Assembly: GCA_964615565.1 (NCBI GenBank)
Contig: CAZTPC010000001.1
Location: 7,353-71,352, forward strand
Direction: 5' to 3'
Source of the DNA: an uncultured Candidatus Saccharibacteria bacterium
Lineage (GTDB): Bacteria; Patescibacteriota; Saccharimonadia; Saccharimonadales; AWTP1-31
DNA length: 64,000 nt
A program made the translations under genes and the position numbers. How positions within the stretch are numbered: position 1 is the first letter of the stretch; each line of letters begins with the position of its first letter. Shown here in pieces: positions 47,013 through 56,736 of this stretch. The notes below the pieces were generated by a model. It searched no databases, had not been told where the DNA came from, and saw only the letters and a program-made list of their open reading frames with translations.

Positions 47013-48113
47013 ATGAACTTTCTAGCTATAAAAACCTTTGCAAAAATCGCTGTTCGCCGTGCGTTCCGCGACAAAACAGCAATATTCTTTGTCTTTATGT
47101 TTCCGTTAATTTTTCTGTTTATCTTTGGTGGGATATTTGGGGGTAATAATGACCTTAGCTTCAAGATTGGTTTTGTGAATGAATCACAATCAACAATTGC
47201 CAAGCAACTCACCGAGCAGGCCAGCAAAGGGAAAATCTTCGAGATTGATCAGAAGATCACATCTCTAGATAACGGCAGAGAAAAGATGCGTCGTGGTCAG
47301 CTGGACGCAATTGTAGTATTACCGAAAGATTTTGGAGAGAAGGCTGCGGCAGCTACACCAAGTGGAACTGCTCAGGTGTATTACATCCAGAACAGTGAAC
47401 AGGCCGCAAATACTTTGATAACAGTCCTAGATAAGCAGCTCCAAGCTGTTAACGGGCAATTCGTAAATACCGAGATGCCATTTAAGGCGGAAGGTAAAGT
47501 GTTGAGTACACCCGGGCTTAGCCGCTTCGACTATACCTTTGCAGGGCTACTTGGGTTTTCTATTATTGGCTTAGGAATATTTGGTCCTGTAAACATCTTC
47601 CCAGAACTTAAGAAGCAGGGAGTCTTACGTCGTTTACGTACCACGCCGCTTCGAGTGTCTGAATACTTCCTGTCGAATGTTATCTCGCAAACAGTCATTG
47701 GGTTGGTCTCAGTAGCTATACAGTTCTTAGTCGCAATGGTATTCTTCGACCTTAAAATTAGCGGTAACATTATTGAGCTAGCAATATACATAATAATTAG
47801 CATTACCACCATTCTTGGCGTCGGACTTGCTATTGGTGGCTGGGCGCGCAACGAGCAGCAGTCTGCGCCGCTAACAAACATTGTAGTTTTCCCTATGATG
47901 TTCCTTTCCGGTACCTTCTTCCCCCGCTACCTCATGCCAGAATGGCTTCAGAATGTATCTACTTTCTTACCACTAACTCCTGTAATCGATGGTGTACGAT
48001 TGATTGCAACCGAAGGTAAGGGTTTGTTAGAGCTTGGACCTCAACTTGGCATCATGGCTGTATGGATAGTTGTTGTGTATACCATTGCATTCAACGTTTT
48101 CCGTTGGGAGTAG
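47013..48113 (+). CDS. ABC-2 type transporter permease
   Basis: N-terminal TM, extracellular loop, five C-terminal TMs; FLSGTFFP...MP.WLQ. Confidence 0.92.
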   Translation: MNFLAIKTFAKIAVRRAFRDKTAIFFVFMFPLIFLFIFGGIFGGNNDLSFKIGFVNESQSTIAKQLTEQASKGKIFEIDQKITSLDNGREKMRRGQLDAIVVLPKDFGEKAAAATPSGTAQVYYIQNSEQAANTLITVLDKQLQAVNGQFVNTEMPFKAEGKVLSTPGLSRFDYTFAGLLGFSIIGLGIFGPVNIFPELKKQGVLRRLRTTPLRVSEYFLSNVISQTVIGLVSVAIQFLVAMVFFDLKISGNIIELAIYIIISITTILGVGLAIGGWARNEQQSAPLTNIVVFPMMFLSGTFFPRYLMPEWLQNVSTFLPLTPVIDGVRLIATEGKGLLELGPQLGIMAVWIVVVYTIAFNVFRWE

Positions 48114-48180
48114 CAGGTATCAGCTCATCGTAGTGAGAAATCTCATAGGCTGTTAATACCATATGTGATACATGTGATAT

Positions 48181-48675
48181 ATGGGCACCAAGAAACGAAA
48201 AGGCAATACAAAGGGCGGCGGTGTATTACCGCCCGAGATCCGCTATTTTGGACCTGGCTACGAAGAAACACAGCGCCAGCTCGACGAAGGGGCCGACCCA
48301 AGGGTGCTGCAAACCCTTGGATTTCCGGTAGCTGAAGACGGTGGCCCGGACTCTTCGGTAGCGCAGTTCCGAAAGGCTACTGTGGCGGATCGTCCCAAGC
48401 GGTGGATACCCAACGAACCAGATGGCACAGATGACTCAGGCACACCGATATCTGAGCCGCTCCATTTGAGGTATCCAGATGTGTATGTTGAGGTTGACGA
48501 GGACGGTGTTGAGTTAGATGTGGCTGATCCTGATGACAGGCCAGGCGTAAGATCAGATACTGGAGCAGAAGTGATTGCCATTGACGCCGATGTGGCCTTT
48601 GCCCCAAATGCACTAGAGAAGAGGCTAGCCCAAGGTCGTCATCCTAGCACAACAGAGGTATCTGACAATACATAA
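48181..48675 (+). CDS. Hypothetical protein (acidic, low complexity)
   Basis: 164-aa ORF. Confidence 0.5.
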   Translation: MGTKKRKGNTKGGGVLPPEIRYFGPGYEETQRQLDEGADPRVLQTLGFPVAEDGGPDSSVAQFRKATVADRPKRWIPNEPDGTDDSGTPISEPLHLRYPDVYVEVDEDGVELDVADPDDRPGVRSDTGAEVIAIDADVAFAPNALEKRLAQGRHPSTTEVSDNT

Positions 48676-48716
48676 GTATTGATTTAAGATAAGCTTTATG
48701 ATATGATATAGACATA

Positions 48717-49244
48717 ATGCCAACACCAAAACGTACCAATAGAACAGGATCATCGTCACGATCTCACAGAGGTCGTAGAGGAGCTGGCCGAGATATGGCA
48801 GTATCAACCGGTTTTGCACTTCACTCCAAGGGTCCTGTAGCTGGTGAAGTAGTCGCGGAGATGATCCGTGCAACCGGAAACATAGAAAGTCCAGACGCCT
48901 TAAAATTTCAAAAAGATATTGGCGGTATTGCAACAGCTTACTTACATGGGGAATCAATACCGGCGCCCGAAGAGCCTGTAGAAGAACTTGTTAAAGAAGT
49001 CTGGCTCATGACCCCAGAAGAGCTAGCCGAACGACGTGCAAAGGTTGCAGGAGTCCGGTCGCAAGTTGAGGCGATTCGTCGACAAAAGCAAGAAGTTGCA
49101 CAGGTAGCAGCAGAAGAAGTTTTTATTCCTACCGACAGGCAGATTGAAATTGCTGATACAGCCGCAATGCTAGCAGCCCGTGCAATGTACTTCCAGGCCG
49201 TTCAGGACGGACATATTACCAAGATCCCAGAACAGTTTAGTTAA
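48717..49244 (+). CDS. Hypothetical protein
   Basis: 175-aa ORF, Arg-rich N-terminus. Confidence 0.55.
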   Translation: MPTPKRTNRTGSSSRSHRGRRGAGRDMAVSTGFALHSKGPVAGEVVAEMIRATGNIESPDALKFQKDIGGIATAYLHGESIPAPEEPVEELVKEVWLMTPEELAERRAKVAGVRSQVEAIRRQKQEVAQVAAEEVFIPTDRQIEIADTAAMLAARAMYFQAVQDGHITKIPEQFS

Positions 49245-49258
49245 GGTATACTTACCAG

Positions 49259-50242
49259 ATGGCCAGAACAGATCTAACAGATATAGCTCAAGACCTATCG
49301 AGCAATCAGAAAGGTCCTTTTTTTATTTTGGCGCCCATGGACGATGTGACTGACACGGTATTTCGTCAGATCATTGCCGGTACAGCTGCGCCCGATCTGT
49401 TCTTTACCGAATTCGTGAATGTCGACGGGTTACAAAGTCCTGGTCGCGAGAAGATTATTCATAAACTGCAGTTCACCGATAAAGAACGGCCGCTCATCGC
49501 CCAGGTGTGGGGCAAAAATCCCGATAACTACCGAGAAGTTGCCAAGCAGATTAAAGAGATGGGCTTTGTTGGGATCGATATCAATATGGGGTGTCCCGCT
49601 AAACCTGTTGTCCAGAATGGCTGCTGCAGCGCACTTATCAATAACCGTGAACTAGCTGGAGACATCATCAAAGCTGTCCGTGAAGGTGCGGGCCCAGACT
49701 TCCCAATTAGCGTAAAAACTCGTATCGGTTTTGGGCAAGTAGATCTAACCTGGATCGAGTTCCTGCTTAGCCACGATATCGACATGCTGACCGTTCATGG
49801 TCGTACCGTACGGGAAATGTCCAAAGTACCAGCACACTGGGATATCATTGGCGAGGTAGTGAAACTCCGCGACAAGATAGCACCAAAGGTGTTAATCGTC
49901 GGAAACGGCGACGTCGAAAGTCGGGCCCAAGGCGAACGGCTTGCCAAACAGTACGGGATAGACGGCATTATGATTGGGCGGGGAGTATTCCACGACCCTT
50001 ATGTTTTTGCTCAGCAAACTCCGTGGGCAGACATGACTAAAGAGCAAAAGATCGACCTATTTATCAAGCATGTAGAATTGTTTGCCAAAACTTGGGAAAA
50101 CGCTCAACGCCGGATGGTTACACTCAACAAGTTCTGCAAAATCTATGTCGAAGGGTTCTCTGGCGCAAAAGAATTGCGTGAGCAGCTAATGACCACCGAG
50201 AGTATCGACCAGCTATTACACATACTTGCCGAGAACAGATAA
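49259..50242 (+). CDS. dus: tRNA-dihydrouridine synthase
   Basis: LAPM, TEF, NMGCP, SVKTR.G, VHGRT, GNGD and MIGRG motifs. Confidence 0.93.
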   Translation: MARTDLTDIAQDLSSNQKGPFFILAPMDDVTDTVFRQIIAGTAAPDLFFTEFVNVDGLQSPGREKIIHKLQFTDKERPLIAQVWGKNPDNYREVAKQIKEMGFVGIDINMGCPAKPVVQNGCCSALINNRELAGDIIKAVREGAGPDFPISVKTRIGFGQVDLTWIEFLLSHDIDMLTVHGRTVREMSKVPAHWDIIGEVVKLRDKIAPKVLIVGNGDVESRAQGERLAKQYGIDGIMIGRGVFHDPYVFAQQTPWADMTKEQKIDLFIKHVELFAKTWENAQRRMVTLNKFCKIYVEGFSGAKELREQLMTTESIDQLLHILAENR

Positions 50243-50250
50243 AGCCGAAG

Positions 50251-50883
50251 CTACCGCCTAGTCAGTTGCTGTCTCAGAGTAGATGGTGAGAGTATACGTA
50301 TAGTTCGACTCTTCATGCTGACAACTCCTTGGCTACTCAGGTGACGGATAAGTTTATTCACCGTCTCCCTAGTGCTACTGACTGATTGCGCTAACTGTCT
50401 ATGGGTAATCGGTAGGCTAATAACTGTTTGATCATCGTTAGTCCGTCCGTATTGATTTGCCAGGTACAGTAGGCGAGCAACCAGACGTCGGTGGACATCT
50501 TTATAGCTCATGCCAGCCAAACGTACTGCCAGCAGTCTATTCTGGGCCTGCAATTGCTCGACATAGTCCATGTGGGTCATATCAAACGACTCAATAGGCA
50601 GCCGCAGTAAAGAGACATTACCTACACATCGGAACTGAAATGTTAAACCTGGTAATAGGTTTTTGTCGTGCTTAAGAACATGGCTATCAATAATATCTCC
50701 ACGTTTATAGAACTGAATATTCGTCTCCTGTCCGTCTACTATAGCTTCAAGGGCAACTGTACCGCTCCCAATCATATACACCTCTCGGTTAGGTGCTAGT
50801 ACTGCGTTATTCCTGAATTGTAGTTTGTCGGCTGACTTGAATAGTGTTTTCACTGTAGACCTCCTTGCCGTAGGTACTATCAA
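50251..50883 (-). CDS. Crp/Fnr family transcriptional regulator
   Basis: cNMP-binding-like N-terminus; ITHRQLAQSVSSTRETVNK HTH. Confidence 0.85.
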   Translation of the reverse strand: MIVPTARRSTVKTLFKSADKLQFRNNAVLAPNREVYMIGSGTVALEAIVDGQETNIQFYKRGDIIDSHVLKHDKNLLPGLTFQFRCVGNVSLLRLPIESFDMTHMDYVEQLQAQNRLLAVRLAGMSYKDVHRRLVARLLYLANQYGRTNDDQTVISLPITHRQLAQSVSSTRETVNKLIRHLSSQGVVSMKSRTIRILSPSTLRQQLTRR

Positions 50884-50968
50884 ACCATATCTAGAAGTGT
50901 ATGAAAGTGAAGAATCTAACAGGTCCCATGTGTCGTGTAGTACTTATCTAGAACGAGTGAGACAAAAG

Positions 50969-50984
50969 TGTAAGATAAATTACA
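50969..50984. promoter_or_regulatory. CRP-like palindrome TGTAA-N6-TTACA
   Basis: Perfect 5-6-5 inverted repeat about 85 bp upstream of the Crp-family gene. Confidence 0.45.
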
Positions 50985-51228
50985 TGTTTTTGCCGAAAAC
51001 CATTACCTTTTCATCGTGCTTAAGGTATTCTATATGTAATTAGAGTGTAATGTCAGGAGACCTTTGATGGCCACCATCAAAATAAACACAAAGTTTACCA
51101 GGGAGGGTAGAGTGTCACGTTTATCATCATTAGTTAGTATTTCGCGCCGAGCAAGTGTAATGCTTATGGCGCTTGTTTTTACTGAATTCTCGCCATGGTA
51201 AACTGTGGAGGATAAGAGGATATGAATT

Positions 51229-51651
51229 ATGGCAGAGCTGAAAACCCAAAAGAACGATGCAAATGTTGGTGCCTTTATTGATGCCATTGAAGACCCAGCA
51301 AAACGAGCGGATAGCCATAAGTTAGTTGAGATATTTGAGGAAGTCACCGGTGACCCGGCAGTTATGTGGGGCACAAGCATTATTGGCTTTGGTCAGTATC
51401 ACTACAAATACGAAAGTGGTCGAGAAGCGGGCTGGATGTTAGTTGGTTTTTCTCCACGCAAGGCTGCGTTCTCGTTGTATCTGACAACTGGCTTTGATAT
51501 GGCACCAGAGCTTTTGGCTGGGCTTGGAAAACATAAAATAGGCAAAGGCTGTCTATATATAACTCGGCTTGGCGATGTAGACGAAAAGGTTCTTCGAAAA
51601 CTTATTAGTTATAGCTATAAAGAGATGCAGAAGCGTTGGGCAACCGCTTAA
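51229..51651 (+). CDS. DUF1801 domain protein
   Basis: MWG.SIIGFG.YHY.Y.SGR, GFSPRK and LGKHK.GKGCLYI motifs. Confidence 0.88.
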   Translation: MAELKTQKNDANVGAFIDAIEDPAKRADSHKLVEIFEEVTGDPAVMWGTSIIGFGQYHYKYESGREAGWMLVGFSPRKAAFSLYLTTGFDMAPELLAGLGKHKIGKGCLYITRLGDVDEKVLRKLISYSYKEMQKRWATA

Positions 51652-51685
51652 GCATCGTAATCGATTAGTTTGTTATAATCGGTTG

Positions 51686-52135
51686 ATGAATTCAGACCAG
51701 TCAAATTCCGAACACAAATCAAAATCCAAAAAAGTAACACTGACCTTTGATCGACGCGCCGGTATTGTAGTCTCGATTATAGTAAGTTTGTTGGCTGCAT
51801 TTTGGCTAGGTACGTTGTATGGCTCTCACAAAAACAAATCATCCTCAACCTTTGACACTCTCCGCGAGAAGGCAAAGACAACCAGTAACACTAGGTGGAA
51901 TGGCGTAGGGACAGTAACAGAGGTATCCAACTCGACCATAACTATTAAGGAAAGTGTTGGCGGCACCAGAATGGCGGCTATCACTAAGAGTACTGAAATT
52001 CTTGATCGCAAGAACAAAAAAATCAGTATAGACCAAATAAAGAAAGACCAACGTGTAATCGTTTCGGCCAACAAAGATGCAAAAGACGCCAACAAGCTGA
52101 CGGCCACTCGTATCCGCGTACTACAACAACTCTAA
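51686..52135 (+). CDS. Single-TM protein with OB-fold-like extracellular domain
   Basis: TM followed by GTVTEV....ITI...V.V...ATRIRV pattern. Confidence 0.65.
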   Translation: MNSDQSNSEHKSKSKKVTLTFDRRAGIVVSIIVSLLAAFWLGTLYGSHKNKSSSTFDTLREKAKTTSNTRWNGVGTVTEVSNSTITIKESVGGTRMAAITKSTEILDRKNKKISIDQIKKDQRVIVSANKDAKDANKLTATRIRVLQQL

Positions 52136-52257
52136 AGAAACTGGTATAATCCCCTCTGTTAGCAGTCATTCCTTTTAGGGATAAGAGAAGCGAGCTCGCT
52201 CTTTAGGGTCGGCTTTGCCGACGAGCGATGAGAAAAACCGTAGGTTTGTCTCATACT

Positions 52258-52333
52258 GGGGGTGTAGCTCAGTGGTTAGAGCAGAGGACTCATAATCCTT
52301 TGGTCGATGGTTCAAGTCCATCCACCCCCACCA
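52258..52333 (+). tRNA. tRNA-Ile2 (CAT anticodon, lysidine type); elongator tRNA-Met not fully excluded
   Basis: 76-nt cloverleaf, acceptor GGGGGTG/CACCCCC, anticodon loop CTCATAA, GTTCAAGTC T-loop, encoded CCA; closely resembles bacterial tRNA-Ile2. Confidence 0.93.
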
Positions 52334-52341
52334 CTAAATTT

Positions 52342-52370
52342 GCCGATCGTTTGATCGGCTATTTTTATTT
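52342..52370 (+). terminator. Intrinsic terminator after tRNA
   Basis: GCCGATC-GTTT-GATCGGC followed by TATTTTTATTT. Confidence 0.8.
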
Positions 52371-52418
52371 GTAGTAGGATACAGCTGGTTACTTTGGCCT
52401 AGGTGATAGAATTATCAT

Positions 52419-52949
52419 ATGACTAAACAGATACTTGTTATTGGTGGGAGTGTGCGCCAGGAAGAATCCAAAAGTAACTTTATAATTGATGTTATTGAAG
52501 AGATCAGTACAAAGTTGGGCAATGTCCCGACTATTTGGAAGCTGGGGTACAAGCCACTGCCGCTAGCAGAGCATAGTTGGCACAAAAACCCGAGCCTAAG
52601 TAACGATGCTACTGTTGAAGGTCTGGCTGCAGCAATCGCCGACGCCGAAGTAGTTGTCTTGGTTAGCCCAATCTACAATGGCTCGTATTCTGGTGCTCTT
52701 AAAAATGCGCTCGATTGCATGCTTGGTGATGCCCTGGAAGGAAAACAGGTGGTGCTAGTTGGAGTAGGGTCAGGACCCACAGCTCTGTTACCATGTGTTC
52801 ACCTTCAGGATGTTGCTCGAACCATGGGCGCAGAAGTTTATCGCCGATTTGCAGTTGTCACTAGTCATGATTTCGATTTTGAGCAAAAGTCAGTCGATGC
52901 CGCCATGACAACGAGGCTAACCGAAATTATCCAAGCCGTCAGCGTATAG
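52419..52949 (+). CDS. NADPH-dependent FMN reductase
   Basis: GSVR..S.S and SPIYNGSYSGALKNALD motifs. Confidence 0.88.
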   Translation: MTKQILVIGGSVRQEESKSNFIIDVIEEISTKLGNVPTIWKLGYKPLPLAEHSWHKNPSLSNDATVEGLAAAIADAEVVVLVSPIYNGSYSGALKNALDCMLGDALEGKQVVLVGVGSGPTALLPCVHLQDVARTMGAEVYRRFAVVTSHDFDFEQKSVDAAMTTRLTEIIQAVSV

Positions 52950-53028
52950 CGCACGCCTCGGCAGCAAACTGATCACCCCATATAGATATATAGCATAAAC
53001 AAGGCAAGTATGGTATAATATGTAAATT

Positions 53029-54471
53029 ATGCCTGTCGGTGAAGTAAGATCAACTCCTAGCCCGTACGAAGCCAAGCTGCCGCATGGTGAAAACTTGTTT
53101 CATGTCTATGCTGGAGTTGGTGCCGCAGCCTTTCGACTTGCGGAGACAAACGACATTGCGCAGAAGGCGCTAGGCGAGAGTCTGCTTGCAGATACTCGTG
53201 TAATGATGCCTGGTTCCAGAGTGTATCGAGCGGTAGAGGCTGCTTTTTCTATGCCCCATTCTCACGAGTCATACAGTGCTCAGTTTGATGCCGGAGTTGA
53301 ACTCGGCGAAGCTATTGTCGCATCGACAGACGATCCTCGTCAGCGTGTTGTGACCTTTTTGAACGCCTATTTCCAAGTAATAAAAGCTAGAATCGGAACG
53401 CAGGGCACGGCCAATCTTGATAGTTATATAAACAGTATTAGCGATTTCTCGCGGGCTGTGGTGGTTACTTCGCTTCCGACTGATGAAGACTCGCTTGAGA
53501 TGCTGGTAGGGCTCGAACAAGAGGTGAAAGAGCTTGCCGACAGAGACGACATGTTTGGCTTCTTCACCCTGCCAATGCTAGCAATTTGCCAGGAGACTCT
53601 GTACCGATCAGTAGCTAGTCATGTATTCAAAAGCGAAGTCGATCCAAATGCACCTCAACCCAGTGCTGAGGAAGTGGCCAGTACAATTGATATGGCACAG
53701 GAGATCATAGCTTCTAAGAGATACGAAGTAAAACCAGCTTATACCGAAGCCTCGACTGGTGGTTCATGGTTGTATTACGATGGGCCTTCTTTCTTTATCC
53801 CACGGCAAGATAAGACATTCAAGATCGATGTTCCCGCAGCTTTCATTTTGCACTCAGATAAGACTTCGTTCCAGACAACTAAGCTCCGTTTGTTGAATAC
53901 AACACAGGGCAAACAGTCTGGTCTAATTACCAAGGAGACTGCTGCTGAGATAGTCCCTAACTTTATGCTGTACTTACAGCCCAATGGATCACTCACTTTA
54001 GACGACCTAGGCCTAAGGGAACTACGCGCCGAGCTTAAAGATGACCGTGCCTACCTCCGCGCACTTGCGGAGATTACTGCTGGGTACTTCGACCTGACAC
54101 GCTCAGCCAGCCAGGTTAGGGCTAGCGGTGTCCGAAACTTCTCGCAACTTACAAGTGATGAACGTGCAGACTACGACCCTGTGGTTGACTTGCTGTTACC
54201 TCGCAGCCGAGCACTCCGTAACTCCGCAGGTGCTACCAAGGCCGAACAGCAAGAAGACGATAAGGAAGAGGCGGAGGCCAACCGGCGAACTATCCGAAAA
54301 CACGAAGTTATAGCTCATCCTCGCATGCTACCTCCAGGCTATACGCCAAACCCAGAAGCACTTGCCCTTGCAGAAACATTAGGGATTAAGCTTGAGCCGG
54401 GCGAGACGCTGGTTAAGAAGCACAATCGCGGTAGTGGCAACGAAGTAGAAGGCCATAAAGTAGTCAGCTAG
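53029..54471 (+). CDS. Hypothetical protein
   Basis: 480-aa ORF; C-terminal V.AH.R.LP.G...T.V..H.RG motif. Confidence 0.75.
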   Translation: MPVGEVRSTPSPYEAKLPHGENLFHVYAGVGAAAFRLAETNDIAQKALGESLLADTRVMMPGSRVYRAVEAAFSMPHSHESYSAQFDAGVELGEAIVASTDDPRQRVVTFLNAYFQVIKARIGTQGTANLDSYINSISDFSRAVVVTSLPTDEDSLEMLVGLEQEVKELADRDDMFGFFTLPMLAICQETLYRSVASHVFKSEVDPNAPQPSAEEVASTIDMAQEIIASKRYEVKPAYTEASTGGSWLYYDGPSFFIPRQDKTFKIDVPAAFILHSDKTSFQTTKLRLLNTTQGKQSGLITKETAAEIVPNFMLYLQPNGSLTLDDLGLRELRAELKDDRAYLRALAEITAGYFDLTRSASQVRASGVRNFSQLTSDERADYDPVVDLLLPRSRALRNSAGATKAEQQEDDKEEAEANRRTIRKHEVIAHPRMLPPGYTPNPEALALAETLGIKLEPGETLVKKHNRGSGNEVEGHKVVS

Positions 54472-54497
54472 CCTTTACATCTAGTAAACTAGAAGTA

Positions 54498-56237
54498 ATG
54501 GAAAACATCGTAAAGTCGTTGCGGTTACTGCGTCCGCTTAGATCACTAATTATTGCCAATGTTGTTATTGCGGCGATTGTTGGTGCATTGAATGCATTCT
54601 TGCCATTATCCATTAAACTCATCCTTGATCAACTCATCAAAGCACTGGCTAACGGCGCAGAGCAGTTGACGCTTAGCCAGATCATAGTCGGGCCGCTGTT
54701 GCTTTGGTTAGTACTACGAGCGGTGTTGATTCTTGCAGAGTATATCCATGAGCTAGTTTGGGACAGGCTTATGCCACGGGCTATTGCTACCTTGCGCGAA
54801 GCAACATGGGTTGGTGCACTCAATCTTTCACTTGATCATTACGAGAAGATACGCGTAGGAGAGATCACCCACCTTACTATTACAGCCCCGATTGAGTTTG
54901 TACCAGATTTCTTACGAGAGATGAGTGAGGTTATTCTACCTAAGGTTACTTCGATCATAATCGCCTTGTTCTTGATATCGAAAGTATCTATGCCAGCAGC
55001 TATCATTACGTTTATTGCGTTCTCGATATTGCTAGTTATCAACTATCGCAAGTTCAAAATAACCAAGCCAATGCGGAGAGTACGCAATGAGCACCTCAAG
55101 GAGCTCACAGGCTATATGAACGAAGGCTACTCGTTAGTACGTCACTTGTACGCCATGGGTTCGCTGCAAGCTCGCACTACGTATGCTAGGAAGAAGTCTG
55201 GTGATATTATCGCCACCGCCGACATGTTGCACGGGGTCGAAAGGCGTTACAACATCATCTTTGGAGCCATTAACTTAGCAGTGTTCTTCTCGGTCTTCTT
55301 GTTGGTTATAGACCAGATTATCAAAGGGAACCAGTCGCCTGCAGTTATCCCGTTGATCGCAGTGTATTTAAACTTATTTACCGAGTCAGTGGTCGCCTTT
55401 AGCCGATCGCTCGGTAAGGCGGCAGATGTAGAAGCAACGCAGCGGCAGGTGCATGAGTTGTTAGCCAAAGAGTCGACAATTACCGACAAACCGAATGCAC
55501 TCGGCTTAGAATCAATCGAGACAATCGAGTTCAAAAATGTCAACTTTTCATACCAAAAGAACGAAGCTCTAAAGGACGTTAGCTTTACGGTAGAGAAGGG
55601 GCAGAAGCTGGCGCTGATTGGAATGAGCGGTGCTGGTAAAACGACCATTACCAAACTACTCCTGCGCTTTTATGATGTAGACAGTGGGCAACTGCTGATC
55701 AATGGCCGTGATATTAAAGAGTATAAGCAACTCGATGTACGACGCTGCTTTGGCACTGTACTACAAGACGTGGCCCTGTTTAACGATACAGTAGAAGAAA
55801 ACATTCGTATGGTTAGACCAGAAGCTGGCGACAACGAAGTCGCCAAAGCAGCAAAACTTGCACATGCTACTGAGTTTATCGAGTCACTACCTGACGGCTA
55901 CAAGACTATGGTTGGTGAGCGAGGCATAAAATTAAGCGGCGGGCAGCAACAGCGTATAGCAATTGCCCGGGCTATCCTGCGTAAGCCATCAGCCGTTATT
56001 CTAGACGAAGCAACAAGTGCCCTAGATACGGAGAGTGAACGAGCAGTTCAGTCCGGAATCAAAGAGTTGCTCGAAGACAAGCTGAGTGTTGTCATAGCGC
56101 ACCGGCTTAGTACTATCCGCGACGCTGATATTATCATCGTTTTAGATAAGGGCAAGGTTATAGAGGCTGACAACCACAAGGGTCTTCTCAAGCGTCAAGG
56201 CTACTACGCCAAACTCCTCAAGCTCCAATCGACATAG
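54498..56237 (+). CDS. ABC exporter, fused permease/ATP-binding (MsbA/Sav1866-like)
   Basis: Six TMs plus GMSGAGKT, LSGGQ, DEATSALD and IAHRLST. Confidence 0.95.
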   Translation: MENIVKSLRLLRPLRSLIIANVVIAAIVGALNAFLPLSIKLILDQLIKALANGAEQLTLSQIIVGPLLLWLVLRAVLILAEYIHELVWDRLMPRAIATLREATWVGALNLSLDHYEKIRVGEITHLTITAPIEFVPDFLREMSEVILPKVTSIIIALFLISKVSMPAAIITFIAFSILLVINYRKFKITKPMRRVRNEHLKELTGYMNEGYSLVRHLYAMGSLQARTTYARKKSGDIIATADMLHGVERRYNIIFGAINLAVFFSVFLLVIDQIIKGNQSPAVIPLIAVYLNLFTESVVAFSRSLGKAADVEATQRQVHELLAKESTITDKPNALGLESIETIEFKNVNFSYQKNEALKDVSFTVEKGQKLALIGMSGAGKTTITKLLLRFYDVDSGQLLINGRDIKEYKQLDVRRCFGTVLQDVALFNDTVEENIRMVRPEAGDNEVAKAAKLAHATEFIESLPDGYKTMVGERGIKLSGGQQQRIAIARAILRKPSAVILDEATSALDTESERAVQSGIKELLEDKLSVVIAHRLSTIRDADIIIVLDKGKVIEADNHKGLLKRQGYYAKLLKLQST

Positions 56238-56282
56238 TCATTCCGAACCTAGTTAAGCGTAAGGGTGTTATATAATACAGAT

Positions 56283-56726
56283 GTGCAAGAAAAACTAAAA
56301 CAAATTCTTGATCATCCGTATGCCAGCATGCTCAACGACACGCGTGTACTTGGGCTGCTTGGTTTTGGTTTTATCGCGATCCTGGTAACTTGGAGCGGGA
56401 TCAAATCTATCGAAACAAACTACCAACTGCAAAAACAGATCTCCCAACTACAGCAAGAGAACTCAGTGTCTAAGCTTGAGAACTCTAACCAAAAACTGCG
56501 AAATGAATACTACAAGACAGACACATTCCTAGAGCTTGCAGCGCGCCGGCAGTTTGGCAAAGCAGCTCCGGGCGAAACGCTCTATTTAGTTCCTAAGAAG
56601 GTTGCGTTGGCACACACAGTTGCTATTGCTCAGCCCGCTGCTCCTAAGACAGAGGCAGATAGTCGGCCAACTTGGGAGAAGAACCTAGAGGCTTGGGTTA
56701 ATTTCTTCCTACACCGCCAGAAGTGA
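56283..56726 (+). CDS. Septum formation initiator family protein (FtsB/DivIC-like)
   Basis: TM, coiled coil, E..AR..FG..APGE motif; GTG start after TATAAT. Confidence 0.8.
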   Translation: MQEKLKQILDHPYASMLNDTRVLGLLGFGFIAILVTWSGIKSIETNYQLQKQISQLQQENSVSKLENSNQKLRNEYYKTDTFLELAARRQFGKAAPGETLYLVPKKVALAHTVAIAQPAAPKTEADSRPTWEKNLEAWVNFFLHRQK

Positions 56727-56736
56727 ACGGTCATAT

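Noticed and set aside
52258-56237. tRNA-anchored genomic island
   Set aside because: No integrase and no duplicated tRNA 3' end seen in the window.
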